From contig OX597817.1 of the NCBI GenBank assembly GCA_951406725.2, positions 21,576,001 through 21,640,000 of the forward strand: DNA of 64,000 nucleotides, written 5' to 3'. Positions 53,755-64,000 of the stretch are shown here, in pieces. The stretch's first letter is position 1; each line of letters opens with the position of its first letter. The notes beneath the pieces were generated by a model, which was given only the letters and a program-made list of their open reading frames with translations, had not been told where the DNA came from and did no database searches. Source of the stretch: Octopus vulgaris. Lineage: Eukaryota. Made by a program: the position numbers and the translations under genes.

Positions 53755-54939
53755 CACGTACAAACATATATGCACAAAGCCATGTGTATGTGGCGTGTGA
53801 ATGTGTGTGTTTTGTATGTGTGCGTGTGCTTAATCTGTGCGTATGCTTCCCTGTATAATGGGAAAGTATGTATAGAAGCTGACTGAATATTATGAACGAT
53901 GTCACTTAAATTATTTGTCCATATTCGACTTATCAATTCCCCTTTATCTCCCACTCTCGCCTTTAAATATGCACAGAAATTGCGATTGGTCCGATGGAAA
54001 CCGGTAACTAATGTAGTTGTTGTTCACTTATTGGGATAAAAAAAATTATGAAAATAAAATAGATAACCGTGAATCAATCAAAGCTGAAATGTAGAACCGA
54101 TTCTCAAAAGGATTAATTTTTGTTTTACAGCACTCGCAAAAAGTGAAATATTGATTATATATCAGGTCAAATATTCCACCTACTCAAAATCCTGCCCAAG
54201 GATTTAAAGAAAATTGCATACATTTTGTATTTAGCTATTAATTTAGCTATAAAAACAAAACGATTTGAAAATCTGTCCATCAGTATATTTTCTCTAGTCA
54301 TTTCCCTATATTTCAATATTTCTGCAGTGTAAAATAGTAAACACTCATCAAAATTACAATTAAAATGACAATAATTTTCTATCAAAAGGGAAAAGAAAGT
54401 CAGCGAAAATACAAACAACTAAATCATCTGTGTTTTAGCCACGCATTTATCAAACGTGATTATATAACAAGATGAGAGATTTGCTTGTATTTCTACATTA
54501 TGATATACGCAAGTGAATTAAGAAGCATTACGCTTCGTTGTCTGACAAGAGACAGCACTTAACTTCTGTCAAGACAACTTAATAAATACTGTATATATTT
54601 GTCATTAGTTTATTAGCCGCATTTTTACTATCGCTAAATATCATACACAAATTTTACTAGAGCTCCAAAAAAAAAGCCTGATAAGTGATAGGATTGGAAG
54701 GAGGAGAGGAGTGGAAATAATTGTTTGATTAGTGATTATAGCACATATTTTTGCTTATAAAGTTGTAAGTGATCTCAGCTTTTTACTTGATATAAATGCT
54801 GGCTGTTTCTGGAATTTTTAAAAGTTTTATTGCTTTTTTTGGTATTAGTCACGTGTATCATGCCCAAAATCTGGGTTCATGTGGTCAATAAAAAAAATCA
54901 TTATTTTATTAAAGAAAAGATAATTATTAATCTTATCGA

Positions 54940-55400
54940 TCAATTGGCAAAATCGTTAGAGCATCCGACAATGCCCTGTGATATACATCTCTCTCTCTCT
55001 CTATTTTCAAATTCAGAGCTCAAGTTCCGCCGAAGTTAAAATGGCCTTTCATCCTTTCAGTATCGATAAATTAAAGTAACATTCAATGACTGCAGTCGAT
55101 GATATCGACTGGCGGTTCCCAAAATTTTAGCCTTGGTACCTATAATAGAAACTATTATAATAAAAAATGTAATTAGTAATATTTTTTTTTCTTTTAAGGC
55201 CGGTGCTGGCAGAATCATTAGCATCCTGGACGAAATATTTGCGGCATTTCGTCCGTCTTTATGTTGCAAGGTCAAATTCCGCAGATAGTGATTTGCATTT
55301 CATGTTTCCAGGATCACTAACATGAGTGCCAGTTGCGCATTTGTAATCAACTTTCTGACACTTCGAAATTCCAGACCATGTACCCCCCCCCCCAATAAAA
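54940..55400 (+). mobile_element. Two degraded SINE family A copies (about 54940-55150 and 55195-55400)
   Basis: tggcaaaatcgttagagcatccg..ggcctttcatcctttcagtatcgataaa; aaggccggtgctggcagaatcattagcatcctggacgaaat..ggtcaaattccgc. Confidence 0.65.
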
Positions 55401-55664
55401 GACAACACTGTTAATATTTCATGATTGTTACGGAGGAATTCATACAGCACCCAAAAGAAGCTTTGCAGTATTTGAGCTCCATCACTTTAATTTTCAAATT
55501 TAGAACGCAGTCAAGGACGTGTTCACATTTTATTCCAATAATTAAAATGACACCTTAATCGACTATAAATTCTCGATCAAATGTGTAGTCTTATGCAATG
55601 TAAAAATCTCATCAACATTACTAATATTGTTGTTGCTGATGTTGTTGCTGCTGCTGCTATTGCT

Positions 55665-56055
55665 GTTGAGAGAGCAGTACACGCCATGAAATTGTCTCTG
55701 GGGTAAAATATACGAAGCTCAATACATCCATCATGACTACATGTATCACAACCGTATGTGTGGGACATGCATCACAACCGTATGTGCGTGACATGGCGAT
55801 CTCATATCAAGATAGACAGCAGATAACCTTGCAGGTGAGGCCCACTTATAATTTCTTCAAGTTGAGTGGCCCATTCTGCTCAAAAGATCTTAGAACAGAT
55901 ATTTTTTTAAGGATGTTGAACAAAACACCCATGTTTCTAGATATGAAATATTGAAACCTCACGAATTCCTCTTAGCATATGACTATGATGCTCCTTAACC
56001 ACTCCTGGTCGTGATTAGAGATGGACATATCGTCAGCCACTCAAATGGTTACGGT
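55665..56055 (-). mobile_element. Diverged partial copy of the 45291-46140 repeat, opposite orientation
   Basis: gagagagcagtacacgccatg..ggggtaaaatatacgaagc..catcatgactac..gatctcatatcaagata..ccttgcaggtg..catatcgtcagccact matches the reverse complement of 45745-46122. Confidence 0.85.
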
Positions 56056-57863
56056 TTTGCTGCTACAATAATTTTGGTGTCCGATATATAAATAGCAGGA
56101 TTCAACCAGTGTCAGTTCTAACGATCATACCTTCCGTTTATGAATTTCCCAAGTTATGAAACATAATAAATATGTTCATTTAGGTAGTTGCATATATGTT
56201 GTTAAAAGTTTTACTTGAAAATCATGTCATTTAAAGCGAAACAAAACCAATGAAATACAGAACCAAAAAAAAATAAAAAAATTAGACAATCCCGGCGTAA
56301 CTAAAAGTGAAGTAATTCACTTCATCTCATTCAAATTAATATTGGCATTTAAAAATAATGCCTTTTCTCATGAAGATTACATTGGTTTCGTGTATGTCAG
56401 ACTATAATCTCATCATTTGTATTTTAGTTCGATCACTGACACTTCCTCTTTCGCTATTATTCTTGACGTGTTTATTTCAGATTTTTAAAATACATTCTGT
56501 TACTCTCGCTTGATTTAGCATGACTGGAGCGTCTGTGTATGCGTGTTTGGTGGACTATAAGTTACGTTCCCTAAATATGCAAGTGTGCGTGAGTATATAC
56601 GTATGCGTAGTGATTATGCGAATATTGACGTACGAATTAAAGTTTGCATATACATACTCACATAAGTAGTCATGATGTGCGTATATTTCTCTCTCTCTCT
56701 CTCTCTCTCCCCTTCCCGCCCTATACTTCTCTATCGCCCTCTACTTCTCTATCTCCCTGTATATCTGTATTTTCCCCCTCTCTCTCTCTTCTTCTCTACA
56801 TATATATCACTATCTCTCCCTCTGTCCTTTTCTGTCTCACTTCGTTCTTGTATCTTCCTCCCAACCTCCTTTCTCTCCCCCTCCTCCTCTTCCTCTCTCT
56901 CTCTCTGTTGATTAGTAAACTTACGAATTGCATTCTTTATAAATACAACCTGATAAATATTTTAAAGGAACGTGCACAAAACTTCGCAAGTTTAAACTAA
57001 ATTGTAACGAAAGGATTACAAATATTTTCGTGACTAACTTAGGTTGGTTAACAGTAAAAATTCCTAAAGGAAAGAAGAAATGGTTATTAAATCACCAACA
57101 GTCTCAATGTGACTGTGCTCCTGCGTTTTATATCATGAAATATAATATGCAGTCTGTTTAGTAGTCTGTGCTAGCTAACTAACGTGTTCCTTCCAGTGTA
57201 GTCTTTGGGATTTAAACTTGCATTGCTTCCTTACACAATGCTTAAAAAAATTACATGTACATACCTAATGGGTTTGCTTATACACATTATTGTACTGTAT
57301 AATGATATGCATAAACACATATACTATGTAATTGCGTGTCATGCATTGGCTCTAATAGATGTGACGCATGCTGTTATGAAAAGACAGATGTAAAGTGACT
57401 TCTGGACTAAAGAATAATTGCGTATTATTCTTCACCAAACATCATTCCGAAATCTCATGTAACTAATCTGTTTTCATCTGAAGTCACAAAGCAAAATACC
57501 TTGTCGTAAATATCACGAAAGAAAATCTTAGAAATTTTGCTCTGCTAACTAGCAGTCTGATTCTGACACATCGTGACTGCATGAAAGTTTAACAAACACA
57601 AATGAGAACAATATTAGCCCTTTTCTTTTCAATTCCTTTATGCGTATACAGGAAAATAATATCACTGTTGCTAGAACCAACGTGCTATTCGAATACAATG
57701 CAATCTCATATAACTTCTTCGCAAAGGTAAATATATAACATATGATATAATATATTATAAAATATGTATGTATGTGTGCGTGTTGTTTTGTGTGAGTGAG
57801 AGTGTAACACTTTCTAAAAATGGGTCAAATTGAAAAGTTTTGTTTCTTGTAATAGCTAAAACA

Positions 57864-57894
<31 letters not shown>

Positions 57895-58504
57895 GTGTGA
57901 CCCTCTCTTATTTACTTATATGTGCCTGTGTACATGTATCTTTTTAAGTATGTGTATATGTATGTGCACATAAAATCAGGTATTTCTCACGTCTACAAAA
58001 GTGAGAATTTACACTAATCTGTCTATGAACACATATAAATATATGCATACTAAAATGTCAACACAAAACTTGAGTAAACACCATAAAACATCACCATGTA
58101 CAAATAATCAGGAAAAATAAACAACTTTTTTTGAGAGCAAAAACAACTATAAAAACTAAAATTGAAGTGTTTATCTCTTTTCTCAACATCATAGGTGCCC
58201 TCCAAAAATATATTTAAAATCAATGATTCATTCACAACCTAAATATGGCAAGAACTTTCCAAACATTCTGCAATGCGACACTGATGGGTAATAAAAACGC
58301 TTGCATGAAACAAAAAATTTACATTTATCCTTCATGGAATCTGTTTAGAAATATTGCAGGAGACAATCCAGCACTCCAAATCATACAGAAGAGTGCATAG
58401 AGTTCCTTTCTCAAAACGATCAATTAAGTAATATCTACGCTGCATGGACGGCCGTATACCACGCACGCACACACACACACACACGCACGCACGCACACAC
58501 ACTC

Positions 58505-58536
<32 letters not shown>

Positions 58537-58955
58537 ATATATATATAAATGTGTGGATAGAAATTGATGCATTATTTCTTGTCGGTCGTGTTAGTTAAGA
58601 GTCCAAACATATGATTTTGTATCGATTTGTATTCACCGGAATATTTTCCTGATCAGGAGAATGAAACTGGTGTGTTACTTATATCCTATATTTCACGATA
58701 AGGTATATGATATAACGCAACAACTTTCTAACATCAAAATTGCAGTCGAGATTGAACAGAAATTTTTTTTAATTCTGAATTTTATGTGTCATATCGGCCA
58801 GACAGCGTTATTGTGGAGAAAATATGAGTGATTATGGAGGTTTTATAGAAGTTTAGACTGCTATTTCAGAGCATATAAGGGTTTCTGTAACCGTTTCCGT
58901 TGTAATTATGATTTCATCATAATTATAAACACTCTCTCTTTATATGTATATATAT

Positions 58956-59015
<60 letters not shown>

Positions 59016-59262
59016 CGGAGATGTACTTGCATAGCAAGTGACTTGGTTGGAAAACGTCTACTGAAACAAAAAGAATTGCAGGGTAGGTGTTTATAAGCCG
59101 TTTAAAGAACAGGTCGCGGTTTCAAACAGTCGAAAATATTTTGACATGAATTAAATTTAAGTGTTGTAGTGAATCAAATGGTATTTGTGTGGGTTTTTTT
59201 AAGTGGCGTATATAAACTCTCTACATTGCAGCTTATACACACGCACACACGCACAAATATAT

Positions 59263-59532
59263 AGGTCCAGGAGTGAGTGTTTGGTAAGCACCTCGCTCAG
59301 CAACCACATAGTTCTGGGCTCAGTCCCACTGCGGGGCACCTTGAACAAGTGTCTTCTACTATAGCCTCGGGCCTACCAAAGTATTGTACGTGGATTTGGT
59401 AGACGGGAACTGAACGAAGCCGGTTGTATGTATATGCATGTATCCTTCTTCCCTTCTTTCCTGAGCGTCCAATAATACTTTATTTGTTCCACATCCTTGC
59501 GTTGTTGTCTTTTTGTTTTCTTGTTTGAATTA

Positions 59533-59595
<63 letters not shown>

Positions 59596-59596
59596 A

Positions 59597-59635
<39 letters not shown>

Positions 59636-59815
59636 ATGTGCGTGTGTGTGTATGCGTGTGTGTATGTGTGTGTGTATGTGTGTATGTGTGTGTGTCTGTG
59701 TTTGTTCCCTCGACATCGCTTGACAAACAATAGTGGATTGTTTACGTTCCCGTAACTTAGCGGTCCAGAACACGAGACTGATAGAATAAGTAGTAGGCTT
59801 AAAAAAATCAGTCCT
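59263..59815 (+). mobile_element. SINE family B (diverged) with a ~100-bp foreign insert and expanded internal microsatellite
   Basis: Head caggagtgagtgtttggtaagc..cagtcccactgcggggcaccttgaacaagtgtcttctac; insert at about 59440-59537; tail cgacatcgcttgacaa..cgtaacttagcgg..gatagaataagta. Confidence 0.82.
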
Positions 59816-60349
59816 GTAACAGATTAAAGGAATAGAAGAGAGAATATAATAAAAATAAACGGAGAAATATATGCAACAAGAAAAACAAAACAACGCGGGA
59901 ATGTGGTATATGCAAAGTATTAATGAGATGGAGCGAAAGTGCGCCTTCGGAAACAGGAGACAAAGAAAAGGGTGATAAACATCGCCAGCAGTCCAGAGAG
60001 CGTGCTATTAACCCCATGATTCCGAGTTCGATTCCAGGCAGCGCCCTAAATAATAATAAAAACAGTATCGAAAAAACTCAGTTTTCGAATGTATTCGTTA
60101 ATTTCCGTAATGGTTTTTTCTTTCTTTATGCTTCTTTATGAAGTGAAAACGTGACATTTGCTTTGAAATGCGAACAGAAAGTGAAAGAGAGGAGACAGTG
60201 AAAGATGTATGTACGTGTATATGAATTGGACTTTGTGTGTGTGTGTGTGTTTGTGTGCGTATGTGCATGTGCGTGAGATAGAAGGAGAGAGAAAGTGAGT
60301 GAGTGAAGGCGAGTGAATGATAAATCTTGCGTCAAACCTTTATTGAAAT

Positions 60350-60900
60350 TTTTCAATATGTTTTTATTCCTGCATCCTTCAAGTCTCTCCTTAGTATTGT
60401 GAAACACTTTGAAGCATTTCAGGAGTTAGTCCCTTCACTACTAACTTAATGTGTTCTTTAAACTCAGGTAAACGATTGCTCCACTCGGAGATGGAGGTAA
60501 AGACAATGATTGCTGCCAAATTGAAAAAGAATGCCATGGACAAATAGAGGGATCCTATAAGAATGAACATAAAATTATAAACAAAATTCAAATGTGTACA
60601 CTTTTAAAACATATTAAACATGATAACCTTAAAGAAAAGTGAGTTTTAAAAAATGCATGCGACTAAACGGGGGAAGGAACACATGGTGGGAACTAATTGC
60701 ACGTGACGAGCGTTGCTTCCGAAAGTGGTCATGAGGTCAAACTCAAATGGTTGTGAGTCACAACTGCGTTTTTTTTTTTGGTATGAAGATTTTGCTTTAT
60801 ATAATTCAGACATAGATGATATAGAAATCAGACATGCTTGCCGGGCCATTCAGCGTTGTGCGGGATTCGAAACGTGAAATATCAACAGGGCACTTCTGGA
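60350..60900 (-). pseudogene. Possible Tc1/mariner transposase C-terminal relic
   Basis: ISRF..EWP/ASMSDF (~60880-60825) resembles ISR...WPxxSPDL. LPEFKEHIKLVVKGLTPEMLQS plus frameshifted VFHNTKERLEGC (~60470-60370) resembles the L-ELK-I---I---ML-V--N--RL-C tail. No TIRs established. Confidence 0.35.
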
Positions 60901-61092
60901 GAATGGCTGTTTGTCGACCGTTTACCCAGCGGTTTATCTGCCCCTGGGACCGCATTGGGCAAGAACTTGAAACTTATTGAGGCCCATGACACTATATTGA
61001 CCCTATGTAATACATATCCAAAATTTCATTAAAATCGGTTCTTTTAAATCTCGAGTTTTAACGACATGAAAAACACACATACAGACACACAT

Positions 61093-61215
<123 letters not shown>

Positions 61216-61649
61216 TGTTGTAAAGAGAATATGAAAGATGCGAGAAATTTTATTAATCACTTCAATTGTGTGATACAATGTTAAGCAACTAGGACAGTGT
61301 TTCATCTTTAATGTAAATGAAATGAAAATGTGACCCAGCATCATGAGACACCTTGTATCAACAACGAGGTTTCTACTACTATTCGATAAAACATGCGTTG
61401 AAGAGTTTTTGCATTTGGTCAGCAAAGAGAGATATTTTGAGGAATTTTTTCGTATACATTTCAGAACATAGAAACACGTTTTTCTACTATCAAGTTATAC
61501 GCGATAACAAAAGAGAGCCAATACTAAAGCGTGCTGAAATTCTGTATCTATAACTTACTAAATCTCTCTCTTCCCCTTTCCTTCTCCCTATCTCTCTCTT
61601 TCACTCTTTGCACACATACACACACACACAAATGCATACGCATCCACTC

Positions 61650-61704
61650 ACATATGTATGTATATGTATAATATGCATACATATATATATGGGTGTGTGT
61701 CTGC

Positions 61705-61794
<90 letters not shown>

Positions 61795-61798
61795 TATA

Positions 61799-61870
<72 letters not shown>

Positions 61871-61873
61871 TAT

Positions 61874-61936
<63 letters not shown>

Positions 61937-62010
61937 CACTCACATATATGTATGTGTGTATATCTATGTGTGTGTGTGTATGTGTGTGGTGTGTTTATGT
62001 GTGTGTGTGA
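61650..62010. repeat. (TA)n/(CA)n compound microsatellite
   Basis: Direct reading. Confidence 0.95.
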
Positions 62011-62707
62011 ATGATAACAGTAGATGCGAAAAATAAATGGCTTCTATTGATTCATATTTATGTTTACTGGTACTTGTACATGTTGCATTGATTCGTATTG
62101 TTTATTATCCCCTTTTTGCTTCGAAGAATGCGATGTCTTTGAAAGTCTCTAAGATTGGTGGGGTCGATGCAGTTGATGTGCAGGTTTGCAATAATGTCGT
62201 GCTTCTAACCTAAGGGATGTTGGTTTGTGAGCGTATTTGATGCTGCATTTTTTTTTAATATTCTACTTTCCACGGAAATTCCTTCACCAATGATTATATT
62301 TTATGGAGAGCTATTATTAATTCAATTGTTATACCATACTTCTGAATAACAAGTAATTGCCCATATGATCTGATGTCACACACACGCACAAACACGCTGA
62401 AATGTATAGTAAGTGGATAATTGTATATGTTCCTGAGTGCAAGCATGTGCATGCATGTATATATATATGTACGTACGGATTTTTGTTGGCAATTACGTAC
62501 ACCTTTCGAATTTCTCAACGTCAATATACCTAGCATGCACGTTTATGTGAGTGTTTAAAATTGCATTGTTTTCTTACCATATGAAACGAGAAACAATTTT
62601 AATACAAAGCGATCAACATGAAAAATATGGTGTACTTTCGATCTGTTTTGTAATCATCATTGTTACACACATGCACACACAGAGAAATATATATATATAC
62701 ATAAACA

Positions 62708-62744
62708 CAGATAGGCAGACAAACAGACAGACAGACAGATAGAC

Positions 62745-62821
<77 letters not shown>

Positions 62822-62822
62822 T

Positions 62823-62857
<35 letters not shown>

Positions 62858-62897
62858 GGCAGATAGACAGACAGGCAGGCAGATAGATAGATAGATA
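62708..62897. repeat. (GATA)n/(GACA)n tetranucleotide array
   Basis: Direct reading. Confidence 0.95.
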
Positions 62898-63630
62898 AGT
62901 TTCTTTATTGGCCACACAGGGCTGCACACAGATGGGACAAGTTACAAGGTAGAGCTTTTCTTTTGGGGGATGAAGAGAACAAAAAACAAAAGAAAAAAAA
63001 GGGGGTGGCGTAGGTTTTCGATCAAGAGAGATCGTAAAAGGGAAGAAAAGAACAAAAAAAAATGAATAAAATAAAAAGAATAAAAAGAAAAGGAAAAGGA
63101 ACAAAAGGAAAGGGAAATGAAAAAAGAAGAAAAAAAGGGGAAAAAAGGGGAAGAGGAAAAAAAAGAACGATCAATAGGGATCGTGTATCACAGTGTTATG
63201 ATATATGGTGTAAAGGGGAAAGCAAGTAAGGTTTATCCGCGGGAAGAAAAGCCTACGAAAAAGACCACGGTAACCTTGGTCAATATTGTTATATGTTACC
63301 ACATTTGTTTGCAAGTGGGTAACCCTCTGTTTTCAATTTCTGGGTTCATAGGATTATGCTCAAGGTGGCTTCGTCATTCATACGTGCCATCCTTGCTACA
63401 TTCACCCATCTTTTTTTAAAACATTCGCTAGACAAAACTTGCCTCTCTACTCTCACTTTCCTTTTCAAGTGGTACTTGAAGAAGTTGATGAGAGATTGAC
63501 CAGAGAGGAAAGTGTTTGTCTCCAATCCTTTCAGACGCGTCCACCAGATACATTCTTTCGCCATAGCCACAAGGATGATGAAAATAGCTCTTCCTTCCCG
63601 TTTGAAGGAAGGAGGCGTGACAATATTGAC
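62898..63630 (-). mobile_element. Tx1/L1-clade LINE, 5'-truncated: ORF2 C-terminus plus pyrimidine-rich 3' UTR
   Basis: VNIVTPPSFKREGRAIFIILVAMAKECIWWTRLKGL..LINFFKYHLKRKVRVER..FKKRWVNV, stop at 63346-63348. The AK-xx-IW-xx-R and F-xx-W pattern is typical of L1/Tx1 ORF2 ends. 3' end ggccAATAAAgaaact abuts (TATC)n. Confidence 0.8.
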
Positions 63631-63802
<172 letters not shown>

Positions 63803-64000
63803 TGTTTCTTTAGTAGCCACACAGGGCTGAACAGAGACGGGACAAATTACAAAGTAGAGCTTTTCTTTTTGGGGAGAAAGAGAAAAAAATATGGGGTAGG
63901 TTTTCTATCAAAAGGGATCGTAAAAAGGAAAGAGAAAAAATGATAAATAGGGAACGTGTATCACAGAAATGTCATGATATAAAGTGTAAAGGGGAAGCAG
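63803..64000 (-). mobile_element. 3' end of a second, related Tx1/L1-clade copy (runs off the window)
   Basis: gtttctttagtagccacacagggctgaacagagacgggacaaattacaaagtagagcttttc.. aligns by eye with 62899-63220. Confidence 0.85.

Noticed and set aside
58899-58930. Short hairpin tgtaattatgat-ttc-atcataattata
   Set aside because: About 12 bp and AT-rich; expected by chance in this composition.
59985-60047. tRNA-like segment with B-box gagttcgattcc
   Set aside because: No complete cloverleaf or A-box; likely a decayed SINE head or pseudo-tRNA.

Overview
AT-rich, microsatellite-dense eukaryotic DNA with no confidently recognisable host protein-coding exon, so it is probably intronic or intergenic. 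The SINE families and the (TA)n/(CA)n/(TAA)n/(GATA)n density resemble an octopus (coleoid cephalopod) genome; that is inference. Almost every ORF in the track is a microsatellite read-through artefact. The interpretable content is mobile DNA: (1) two decayed Penelope-like elements, each with a hammerhead ribozyme core; the first is Naiad-type and has a TGA at the first Cys position of its CxCx5Cx5C knuckle. (2) A 383-bp non-autonomous RTE derivative (5' UTR fused to 3' tail) with a perfect 12-bp TSD and an HDV-ribozyme-like 5' end. (3) A complete 572-bp non-autonomous Helitron. (4) An in-frame junction of two R4/Dong-type LINEs ending in (TAA)n. (5) A CR1-type 3' fragment. (6) Two Tx1/L1-type 3' ends sitting in (GATA)n arrays. 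(7) A (TAA)n-embedded non-coding repeat with a 13 x 24-bp terminal minisatellite. (8) Weak Gypsy and Tc1/mariner relics. (9) Many copies of two tRNA-derived SINE families. There is also an isolated 53-bp-arm fold-back hairpin at 24.7 kb. All family assignments come from manual translation and motif recognition, not database searches.
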